A stretch of DNA of 64,000 nt from an uncultured bacterium. GTDB taxonomy: Bacteria > Electryoneota > Electryoneia > Electryoneales > Electryoneaceae. Below, piece after piece: positions 29,136-38,400 of the stretch. The notes beneath the pieces were generated by a model. The model had not been told where the DNA came from and did not search any database. It saw nothing but the letters and a program-made list of their open reading frames with translations. The stretch is taken from positions 14,970-78,969 of the forward strand of contig CAZKGR010000014.1 in assembly GCA_964552465.1 (NCBI GenBank). The letters are read 5' to 3'. A program made the translations under genes and the position numbers. Each line of letters opens with the position of its first letter. Positions within the stretch are counted from its first letter, which is position 1.

Positions 29136-29423
29136 ATGTCGAGAGGAACAAAGCTCAAACCACTGAAAATGGCGCAATTCCAGGCATTTCTATTCTCACT
29201 CTTGGGTTTGATCGCTGGCATCATCTATTCAATTGGTGGGGTGATAGTTGATCTGTTCACGATTGGTTTGAACTGGGGAACTGCCATGGCATTCATGGCG
29301 TTAGTGGGTATGCCAGTTAGTTTTGCAGCAATCGGATTTATGCTGGGACTTGTTGAGGCTGTGCTTTATAATTTGTTCGCGAAGTGGTTTGGTGGATTTA
29401 AAATGGATCTCTTTAAAGACTAG
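29136..29423 (+). CDS. small hydrophobic membrane protein (95 aa, 2-3 TM)
   Basis: Highly hydrophobic ORF directly downstream of 28453..29106. Confidence 0.35.
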   Translation: MSRGTKLKPLKMAQFQAFLFSLLGLIAGIIYSIGGVIVDLFTIGLNWGTAMAFMALVGMPVSFAAIGFMLGLVEAVLYNLFAKWFGGFKMDLFKD

Positions 29424-29458
29424 GGACTAACGTATTATAGACCTGCTCATCTCATAAA

Positions 29459-29539
29459 GACGAAACGCCTCATCCAGGGAGGGAGAATGAGGCGTTTTGC
29501 ACTGCATATGGTTAACAGGCGGTGAGTGGCAAGTCACCG
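29459..29539. repeat. about 80-bp repeat carrying an intrinsic terminator (AAACGCCTCATCC...GGATGAGGCGTTTT) and a second small hairpin, copy 1
   Basis: Near-identical to 31732..31811. A degenerate third copy lies inside the 3-prime end of C10 copy 1 (about 28235..28260). Confidence 0.55.
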
Positions 29540-29553
29540 TCAGGCAAAGCCTG

Positions 29554-29673
29554 GGGATTTCGGTGCTTGTCCCCAAACGGAGGAAGAATCTGGCCCGCTA
29601 TGGTCGGCGCGCGAAGATCGTCGGCACCCTGGCATCTTGTCAGACCGTCGCGATTACAGGGGTTTTGTCTTGA
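29554..29673 (+). pseudogene. fossil 3-prime fragment of a nupC-like gene (last 39 codons plus stop)
   Basis: Translates in frame as GISVLVPKRRKNLARYGRRAKIVGTLASCQTVAITGVLS*, against the true nupC C-terminus GISVLVPERRATLARYGLRAMIAGALASWQTAAIAGILL*. About 70 percent nucleotide identity; no upstream coding continuation. Confidence 0.6.
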
Positions 29674-29816
29674 TTGACTAATACTCCTTGACTTAGACGC
29701 TCACATTCATGTGAGTATTTCTCTTTTTTTGTTCATTAATACGCTATTTCTTGCGCCAATCTCTTGAATTAGTTAGCTTCTTGTTAGCCGTACAAACATA
29801 GCAGGGAGGGGAAATC

Positions 29817-31730
29817 ATGCGAACCATGATGCTTGTTTGCTGTATTGTGCTGGTAATTTCCACTGCACTGGCTGACACTGTTACTCTTGAGGATGCGACA
29901 ACCGCCGCACAACGATTTGTTGAGTACCGCACCGCGTTGGATTCATGGGATGAAAACACACCGACTGATATTCGTCTTGAAAGAATCATCGAACAGGATG
30001 GAATGCCAATCGCGTACTACTTCGAGGTTGAACCTGCGGGTTGTGCGCTAATCTCGGGTTACCGTGAACTACCCCCGGTCAAGATGTACTCCGAACAGTA
30101 TCGCCTTGAATTTGATCATGCTCAATCCGCCGGGATGATGATCACCCAGGAATTGCAACAGAAGGCGGCGACTCTCGCTCGACATAACGATCTGGCCTCC
30201 ATGTCAGCCGCTGGCATTGACGTATCCGCAGTGCAGGAGTGCTATCAACTCTGGCAGGTGTTCACGCAGCCATCACTAGACTCGTTTATGGAAGAAGCCG
30301 CCAGCCGTGAACTGGACGAATATGTGCCCGGAACCTATCTGGTCGACGCGATCTGGCACGAATTTACGCCTTACAATGCTTACTGTCCTGTTTATGATAA
30401 TGAACACGCCCAGGTCGGTTGTGTGGCGTTGTCGTCAGCTCAGATAATGTACTACTGGCAGTGGCCACCGGCTGGACAATCATCACATCAATACCTGTGG
30501 AATGGGGAATGGATTTCTGCGAATTTCAGCGATCCCTATGATTGGAACAACATCTTGCCAGAATACGGTCAACCGTGGGAACACACAGTGGCCGAGCTGA
30601 ACGCGATCGCGGAATTGTGTTTTGAAGTTGGCGTAGCATATGAAACGATGTACAGCGTATTTGGATCAGGAGCCGATCCAACAGACATTCCGCTCGTTCT
30701 CCCTCAGTATTTCTTCTACCAACTTGGTATTTCAGAAGAATGGAAGATCAATTACCCGGATGATCAAGCCTGGTTCGATGTATTGTGTGCAGAGTTGGAC
30801 TTGGAACGTCCGATGATGTACATCGTCGAAAACGACTTATGGGGGCACGCATTCGTCGTTGATGGTTATCGCGTCGAGTTGAATGTCAATGAGCTCCATA
30901 TCAACTATGGGGGGTGGGAGAATATCTTCCTCGGTTGGTATGCAATTGACTCTATACCCTACTCCGATTGGCCTGATGCTGAAAGAGCATATTTGAATTT
31001 CCAGCCGGATTTCGACGGCTATGATCCAATTCCATTATCTATCAATGTTATTCCAGAAGAACAGCAATACCTGCTTGTTCCCCAAGGTGGGTCCTTCGCT
31101 TACGATGTAACCCTGGAAACAAACATAGATCAACCTCAATTCGGTTGGGTCTGGATTGAACCCATCCTGCCTTCAGGGCAACCGTACGGTCCCATCCAAA
31201 GCTTGCGTATGCTTTTCCTGCCCGGGATGTCGCTTTCTATCTCAAACATAGTGCAGGATGTTCCGCTTGATGCACCGCTTGGCTATTACCAGTACTGGAT
31301 TCATGTGGGATCGACGATGGGTGTTCCTGTATCATCCGACTTTTTCCCGTTCTCTGTTTACGCACCGGAACCAGACAACGTGGCGGGTAATCATGAATGG
31401 GAATCGCACGGCCTCGAACGTCTTGTAGCAGGATCATCCAGCGAACCATCGGGATTGCAGCCACAAGTATGCACCGTCGCCCCGATCTATCCAAATCCAT
31501 TCAACGGTTCGACAACGATTACAATGTCGCTTGCAGAAACGGCTATGGTCCAAATTGATGTTGTGAATACGCTTGGGCAGACAGTGTTGCAAATCACGAA
31601 AGGAGTCCATTCTCATGGGCAACATCGGTTCCAGTTTAATGCCGAGGCGCTGACAAGCGGTGTGTATTTCGTGACTACAAGTGCAGCGGGGCAAAACGTT
31701 AATGTTCAAAAGATCCTTCTACTGCAATAA
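29817..31730 (+). CDS. C10-family (streptopain/PrtT-like) cysteine peptidase with T9SS C-terminal sorting domain
   Basis: Signal peptide; pro-domain; catalytic Cys HAQVGCVALSSAQIMYYWQWP and His WGHAFVVDGYRVE; C-terminal CTD (YPNPFNGSTTI...VYFVTT...KILLLQ). GGGAGGGG RBS. Confidence 0.8.
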   Translation: MRTMMLVCCIVLVISTALADTVTLEDATTAAQRFVEYRTALDSWDENTPTDIRLERIIEQDGMPIAYYFEVEPAGCALISGYRELPPVKMYSEQYRLEFDHAQSAGMMITQELQQKAATLARHNDLASMSAAGIDVSAVQECYQLWQVFTQPSLDSFMEEAASRELDEYVPGTYLVDAIWHEFTPYNAYCPVYDNEHAQVGCVALSSAQIMYYWQWPPAGQSSHQYLWNGEWISANFSDPYDWNNILPEYGQPWEHTVAELNAIAELCFEVGVAYETMYSVFGSGADPTDIPLVLPQYFFYQLGISEEWKINYPDDQAWFDVLCAELDLERPMMYIVENDLWGHAFVVDGYRVELNVNELHINYGGWENIFLGWYAIDSIPYSDWPDAERAYLNFQPDFDGYDPIPLSINVIPEEQQYLLVPQGGSFAYDVTLETNIDQPQFGWVWIEPILPSGQPYGPIQSLRMLFLPGMSLSISNIVQDVPLDAPLGYYQYWIHVGSTMGVPVSSDFFPFSVYAPEPDNVAGNHEWESHGLERLVAGSSSEPSGLQPQVCTVAPIYPNPFNGSTTITMSLAETAMVQIDVVNTLGQTVLQITKGVHSHGQHRFQFNAEALTSGVYFVTTSAAGQNVNVQKILLLQ

Positions 31731-31731
31731 C

Positions 31732-31811
31732 AACGAAACGCCTCATCCAGGGAGGGGAATGAGGCGTTTTGCACTGCATATGGTTAACAGGCGGTGAGTG
31801 GCAATTCACCG
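31732..31811. repeat. about 80-bp terminator-containing repeat, copy 2 (downstream of C10 copy 2)
   Basis: Near-identical to 29459..29539. Confidence 0.55.
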
Positions 31812-31939
31812 GCTGGTACAACCGATTGAAACCGAGATCCTTCTCGTGCCTGCGGCACGTCAGGACGACTTCGTGGGACACTTTGGGGACAAAGTGTCCC
31901 GTATTTGCATGCTTTCTATAGCCTGCAGCCTACAGCCCG

Positions 31940-32377
31940 TCAATTCTGCATGCCGTTGATCTCGATCTTGCGCGGCTTGGACTCTTCCGGTTTCGGCAAG
32001 CGGATGGTCAGGACGCCGTTATCGAAATTCGCATGGATCGAGTCACTCTTGATCGAGTCGCGAACGTTGAACCGACGCTTGAACTGGCCGGTCATACGTT
32101 CGCTGCGATATACAGTCTCGCCTTCCTTTGATTCCATCGCCGGACGCTCACCGCTCAGGACGAGAACGCCGTCCTCGAGGGTGATTTCGATACTGTCCTT
32201 GGTGACGCCGGGCAGATCCGCGTGAATGCGGAACTCGTGCTCATCCTCAACAATGTCGACTCGTGGACGCCAACGCTGTTCGGGTTGTTCTTCGTTGTTG
32301 CGAACTTCGTTGATCAGGTTCATCCAACGTGTCATCTCAGTTGTCGGGCCGCAATATCTGTGCTGATGCCTGTGCAT
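31940..32377 (-). CDS. Hsp20/alpha-crystallin-family small heat-shock protein
   Basis: Alpha-crystallin domain (RVDIVEDEHEFRIHADLPGVTKDSIEITLEDGVLVLSGER). Start chosen at the ATG at 32377 (AGGAAG 5 nt upstream); 32335 is an alternative start. Confidence 0.8.
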   Translation of the reverse strand: MHRHQHRYCGPTTEMTRWMNLINEVRNNEEQPEQRWRPRVDIVEDEHEFRIHADLPGVTKDSIEITLEDGVLVLSGERPAMESKEGETVYRSERMTGQFKRRFNVRDSIKSDSIHANFDNGVLTIRLPKPEESKPRKIEINGMQN

Positions 32378-32439
32378 GTGTACTTCCTTTCGTGTATTCG
32401 ATTGTTGATGAATGCGTTTTGCATCTCGCCGATCATTAA

Positions 32440-32455
32440 GCAACCGTTGTGCCAG
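32440..32455 (-). promoter_or_regulatory. sigma-54 (-24/-12) promoter candidate CTGGCACAACGGTTGC upstream of hsp20
   Basis: Reverse complement of the plus strand at 32440..32455 reads TGGCAC-N5-TTGC, matching the consensus GG/GC elements and spacing. About 60 nt upstream of the hsp20 start. Confidence 0.5.
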
Positions 32456-32706
32456 AATCTATGGTATCCATGTAACTCGTGATATATAGCCAAATATATG
32501 GATCGCTCGATGCGGAGAGCAATTGGCTTCATCTATAATCTGGCAGTGGCATGTCTGATTGACAGGTGCTGTTCTGCAATTACGGCAGGAGTACTCATTC
32601 AAGGTCTCAGACTTGGGAGAGGGTTGAGCAAAACTGTTGGGAACGCAGTCCATCAGAGCCGCGTGTGTGAGCCGATAGACAACCAACAGTCATTCAGGAG
32701 AACATT

Positions 32707-34170
32707 ATGAGTATGAGGTACTTGCGTTCCAGTGTCGTTGCAGTGTGGGTGCTGATCATTGTTGCTGGATTCATGGCATTCCCGACCACATCGTTCAGCC
32801 AGACAGTGGACTTGCAGGACTCACGATACATCACGTCAACGTTTGAGAGTCCGTTTGTCGCGGTGGCGGAGCAATTGAAGCCGAGCGTGGTATTTATCAG
32901 CGCCATGCGTGAACGTGAAGTTCAGATTCCGAGATTCTTCGAGAACCATCCATTTTTCCGCGATCAGTTCCCTGATCAGGATGGCGAGCCGCGTGTGCAG
33001 CGTATTCCGTCAAGCGGATCAGGATTCATCATTGATGAGGCGGGCTACATCATCACCAACAATCATGTTGTGCAGGGTGCGAGCGAGATCACGGTGACCT
33101 TGTCGGATGGATCTGAAGAGGAAGCAGAGATTGTCGGCACCGATCCTGAGACGGACCTGGCGTTGTTAAAAATAGACGGCGTTGATCCAGATCATGTTGC
33201 CAGGTTGGGAAATAGTGATGACATCCGGATAGGTGACTGGGCAATTGCGATGGGTAATCCGCTCGGGTTGGACTGGACGCTGACAGTTGGCGTGATCAGC
33301 GCCAAGGGCCGCAGCAATCTGAATATCTCCGGTGGTGGACCTATCTTCCAAGATTTCATCCAGACGGACGCTTCGATCAATTTCGGCAACTCTGGCGGTC
33401 CGTTGACAAACATCCAGGGTGAGGTCATAGGCATCAATGCAGCGGTGAACGCATCCGCTGATGGTATTGGATTCGCGATCCCGATCAACCTTGCCAAGGA
33501 TGTTGTCGATCAGTTGCGCGATGGTGGTCGTATTGCACGAGGTTATCTCGGCATGATGCCGGATGCATTAACCGATTTGTATCGCGAGGCGCTGGACATT
33601 GATGAGGATGTGGACGGAGTATTTGTTCAATCAGTGGAATCCAACACTCCAGCATCGGAAGGCGGTCTGCTTGAGTCGGACGTGGTCATCGAAGTCGACG
33701 GTGTGCCTGTGGATAACGTGAACGATTTCCGTTTCCGGATTGCGCGCCACGCACCGGGCGACAGAATGGAGTTGAAGGTCTTGCGTGATGGTCGCGAAAA
33801 GAACTTGGATTTTGTTTTGGGCGATCGCGCGGAATACATGGGCATCGTTGCAGAGCCAGAGCTGGAAGTAAAAGAGGACTGGATGGGTTTGGACGTTGAG
33901 AATTTGAATAGTCCACGGGTACGTCGCAACACGGAGTTGCAGGTGAGTTCCGGGGTTATAGTGGTTGGTGTTGAAGCTGACAGCCCAGCACAGGGTGTAT
34001 TGCGTCCTGGGGATGTGATTGTCCAAGTCGCCCAGCAGCGTGTTGAGACTGTGAATGACTGGCGAAGTGTGACCATGGAGCTGGGGGATACAACGAAGGC
34101 GGTGTTGGTCAAGTATCATCCACAAGGGCAAGCTGCTACGAGGTTCACTGCTCTGAAAGCCAATGGTTAG
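32707..34170 (+). CDS. htrA: HtrA/DegP-family periplasmic serine endoprotease with PDZ domains
   Basis: Signal peptide; trypsin-like catalytic blocks (TNNHVV, DLALLKI, GNSGGPL); two PDZ-like segments. Confidence 0.9.
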   Translation: MSMRYLRSSVVAVWVLIIVAGFMAFPTTSFSQTVDLQDSRYITSTFESPFVAVAEQLKPSVVFISAMREREVQIPRFFENHPFFRDQFPDQDGEPRVQRIPSSGSGFIIDEAGYIITNNHVVQGASEITVTLSDGSEEEAEIVGTDPETDLALLKIDGVDPDHVARLGNSDDIRIGDWAIAMGNPLGLDWTLTVGVISAKGRSNLNISGGGPIFQDFIQTDASINFGNSGGPLTNIQGEVIGINAAVNASADGIGFAIPINLAKDVVDQLRDGGRIARGYLGMMPDALTDLYREALDIDEDVDGVFVQSVESNTPASEGGLLESDVVIEVDGVPVDNVNDFRFRIARHAPGDRMELKVLRDGREKNLDFVLGDRAEYMGIVAEPELEVKEDWMGLDVENLNSPRVRRNTELQVSSGVIVVGVEADSPAQGVLRPGDVIVQVAQQRVETVNDWRSVTMELGDTTKAVLVKYHPQGQAATRFTALKANG

Positions 34171-34377
34171 TTGGTGAGTTGAACAAGCTGACAATTGCAT
34201 GATGATACAACGAAATCGCCGCGGTTATTGAACCCGCGGCGATTTCGCTCTTCCAGAGGGCTCACGAGCAAAATGGGCTTGTGAAGTTGCTAAAATTGAA
34301 CGTTTTCATTGCGCATTGGCTGGTCGGACGGTAAGTTTTGCAATCCCGAGGTTTTACTGGCATAACACGAGGAAAGA

Positions 34378-35382
34378 ATGCCTGATTCTTCCCTTCTTCA
34401 TACCAGCGTGATATCCTCCGAATCACATGATCCCTGGCATAATCTCGCTCTTGAAGAGGCGTTGCTGGAGGATGTGTCACCGAACGGAATCGTGTTGTAT
34501 TTATGGCAGAACGAGAACACGGTTGTCATCGGTCGCAACCAGAACGCCTGGCGTGAATGTCGTTGGAAGGAACTGGAGGAGAGTGGTGGAAAGCTGGCGC
34601 GTCGTTTAAGCGGCGGCGGTGCAGTTTACCATGACCTCGGAAACCTGAACTTCACGTTTGTGATGGACAAGACCCTGGTGGATTTGCACCGTCAGCTCCG
34701 TGTTCTTCTTAATGCGATAAAGGCATTGGGAGTGGAAGCGGAGTTTTCTGGTCGCAATGATATAGTGGCGGACGGTCGAAAGTTCTCGGGAAACGCGTTT
34801 CATGCTCGTGACGGCTCGTATTACCATCACGGGACATTGCTGGTTGATGTTGATTTTGAAAAACTCAGCAATATTCTGACCGTTGATGACGCAAAGATGA
34901 AGGCGAAGGGTGTCACCTCGGTCAAGTCTCGTGTCGTAAACCTCAAGACCTTAAGTGACAGGATTACCGTTGACGCGCTAAAGGTTGAGTTGCGAAAAGC
35001 GTTTCGCGAAGAATACGGTGGTGAGTGCACAGAGTTGAGCCCCGCTGATGTGACAGACGATCTGTCAGCGTTGTACGAAAAATACGCCGCATGGTCTTGG
35101 CGGTATGGACGCACACCCATCTTTGATGTTGAAGTCAGTCGCCGTTTTGATTGGGGGATCGTTGATCTCGGATTCAGTACCGACCAGGGACAGATCGAAT
35201 CATGCACGGTGTATTCGGACGCGATGGACGCTCGTTTGATCCAGGAACTGTCAGCTCGTCTCGAGCAGATACCGTATCGCTTTGAAAGCATTTCAACCAA
35301 GCTCGATGAACTTGCGAACACAGATGAGCGCAAGGCTATGGTAGACGACATGAAGGGCTGGTTGCAGACCGAACAGTTATAG
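34378..35382 (+). CDS. lplA: lipoate-protein ligase A
   Basis: LplA family blocks (RRLSGGGAVYHDLGNLNFTF, lipoyl-AMP binding region). Confidence 0.85.
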   Translation: MPDSSLLHTSVISSESHDPWHNLALEEALLEDVSPNGIVLYLWQNENTVVIGRNQNAWRECRWKELEESGGKLARRLSGGGAVYHDLGNLNFTFVMDKTLVDLHRQLRVLLNAIKALGVEAEFSGRNDIVADGRKFSGNAFHARDGSYYHHGTLLVDVDFEKLSNILTVDDAKMKAKGVTSVKSRVVNLKTLSDRITVDALKVELRKAFREEYGGECTELSPADVTDDLSALYEKYAAWSWRYGRTPIFDVEVSRRFDWGIVDLGFSTDQGQIESCTVYSDAMDARLIQELSARLEQIPYRFESISTKLDELANTDERKAMVDDMKGWLQTEQL

Positions 35383-35441
35383 AATATTTTTGTACATCAA
35401 TAGTCAGACTCACCTTAACGGCTACTCTGATCCAGGAGTAC

Positions 35442-38400
35442 TTGCCACTCGAAACCGTGTCATTTCTACGCTATCATAGGAGCGTCACCTCACAGGCACG
35501 GAAACCAATCATGCTCGAGACACCCAGCAAGCTTGCTGACCGATTGAACGAATGGACGCCATACGCTGAAAAGGATGAATCCAACAGCGAACTTGCAGTC
35601 ATCATTCTTGACGATATAACTGCATTGCTGGCGGAAAAGTCCGAGGCGGATCTTGCTGCACATCACGATTCTTTCCATCAATTCCTTGAACTAACCGGTC
35701 GTCCCACCTACCTGGAATCGTTACCGGATGATGATGCACGTCTGCGGTGGTCTGATGTTGCACTGGAAATTGTGCAGCGAGTGAACTACACACTCGAGGA
35801 CATGCTGAACGCTCGTATCAGCGAGATTCCCGACACAACATATTTCGAAGAGCTGATGGCGGGTGAATCCATCCGCTGGAGCTATGCACAGGTACAAAGA
35901 CGTATTCGAGCGATCGCAGCAGTCTTCTGGCGTGATGCTGGAGAAGACGAACCTCGAATCGCGTTACTCGTTGACAATTCATTGGATGGTGCTTGTTGTG
36001 ATCTGGCATGCCTGCTCCACGACATCCTGATCACACCGCTGAACGTGCATTTTGATTCTGAAGAGCTGGCTTGGATCATCGAACGGTTGCAAATCAATGC
36101 CGTCGTCGTCGATCGGGAGGATCGACTTCGCAGGATGCAGGAGGTTCGGAAACTCACGAAATGCGATTTCCGCATCTATGCGATTCATCTGGAACGCGAC
36201 AGGGTGGAGGGGAAGGCGATTCCACTTGTCGAAGCGTTTTCCCGTTTGTCAGCCGATGATGTGAATGATCAATTGGACGCTCGTCCGCGTTTTGATCTGC
36301 ATGAGATCTGCACGGTGATGTTCACATCCGGAAGTACCGGTCGTCCAAAAGGTGTTTGTTTTTCCCAATTCAATCTAGTCTCAAAACGATTTGCACGTGC
36401 TGCTGCGCTGCCTTCTGTTGGGCGAGATGAAGTGCTGCTGTGTTACTTACCGCTATTTCACACGTTTGGCCGTTATCTCGAAATGCTGGGCATGCTCTAC
36501 TGGCGGGGAAGATACGTGTTCGTCGGAAATCCGTCCACGGAAGCCCTGATTGCCAGCATGAAACGTATTCGTCCCACCGGGTTAATCAGCATTCCGCTCC
36601 GTTGGTTACAGATACGTGACAGGTCGCTCTCAGTGATGGAATCACTGCCGACCAGCGAGGAGAAGCAGGAAGCTTTCAGCGAGATCACAGGTGGGCGGTT
36701 ACGCTGGGGATTGAGTGCGGCTGGTTATCTCGAGCCCAAAGCATTTCGATTCTTCCAGATGCATGGTGTTGCACTGTGTTCCGGTTTTGGGATGACAGAG
36801 GCTACAGGCGGAATCACGATGAGCCCGCCGGGAGATTATGTCGATAACACAGTTGGTCGAGCGCTGCCAGGCATAGAGATCCGGCTATCTGAAAACGGTG
36901 AAATGTTGATCACGGGAGCGTATGTCGCTCGCTATTTGAAGGAGGATGGTGAGGGGCTGGAAGTCGAATCCGGAGATGAGCTGGATGGTGATGATTGGCT
37001 ACACACTGGTGACATTTTCCGTGAGATTAAGCCAGGTCATCTGACCATTGTTGACCGGATCAAAGACATATACAAGAACATTCGCGGGCAAACCGTTGCG
37101 CCGCTGCGTGTGGAACGTAAATTCGCCACAGTTCCGGGGATCAAGCGGACGTTTCTCGTTGGCGATCACCGAGCGTTTAACGTATTGATGATCGTTCCTG
37201 ACCTTGATGATCCAGTGTTGGCGGATGCACCCGACACGGAGAGTCGCCGCGATTATTTCCGTCAAATAGTTACAACAGCCAACCAGGACCTGGCACCTTA
37301 CGAACGTGTCGTCAATTACACTCTGCTCGATCGTGACTTTGACATTGACAAGGAGGAGTTGACGTCTAAGGGCACAATGCGCCGCAAGGTGATCGAGGAG
37401 AATTTTGCCGAGGTTATCTCTTCACTTTATGAAAGTAGCTATGTAGAGCTTGAAGCAGCTGGAATTCAGGTACGAATACCACGCTGGATTTTCCGTGATC
37501 TGGGCATTCTGGAGAGCGACTTCGTCGCAAAGGTCGATGAACCAACATCAGAGCACAATGGCAGTGTATACCTGACAGACAATGAGCATGACCGGACACT
37601 GCCGATTCGCCGTGATACTCGGAACGGATATGTCATTATCGGCGACTTGTCGTACCATATCCTGGGTGATGTCATTGATTTGGGTATGTTTGCTCGCCAA
37701 CCACGATTGTGGGCTGCGAATCCATCTTTGATGAACTTTGTCCCCTGTCGCGAGGGGTGGGATGTCCCGTTCAATAAGCACGTAATGCCTCACGCAGCAC
37801 TTCCCACCAACGACAATGAACGGACACTTGAACTCGTCCAGTCAGTTGAACCGTCGCATCTTTCAGATTCACAATTGCGGGAGTTGAACCGTGATTTGCA
37901 GATCGCCCTTTTTGATACAGTCGAGAATTCGATTCAAGTGTTGGAGAAGCTTAGCGAATCGTTGATCTCGTTCGATGATCGCCTGGGTGGAGTTGCACGC
38001 TTACGTTTGACAGCATTAGCCACGCATCCAGACGAACAGGTCCGCAGCACGGCTTATCGTATTCTGCTTCTTGACGAACCGATGCAGGATTATAGTGTTT
38101 CGTTTCCGGCGTTTGTGCAATCCGGTTTGTCATTCCTCAACGAAGAATCGATCAAGCTCATATCGCGTGAAGGCTTTGAAAAGCGTCGTCTGGCCGCACT
38201 TCGGCAACGCTTGTACTCCTACCGGATTCACCTTGACTGGCCTGCAAAACCTATGGTGCAACGGCAATTCAAGAATGTGTTCCGTTTGCTGATCAATTTT
38301 GTTCGTTTCAATCCGGCGTACTACAAGAGTGTCCGCGCAGAGTTGGCAAGTTGGTTGCTGCATCGAGTTGATCCGCAAATATCACGGTTTGCGGAGATGA

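Noticed and set aside
32459-32706. Possible second sigma-54 or sigma-E promoter upstream of htrA (CTGGCAGTGGCATG...)
   Set aside because: It has a TGGCA element but no correctly spaced TTGC/GC -12 element, and no convincing GAACTT-N16-TCTGA match. Not supportable from sequence alone.
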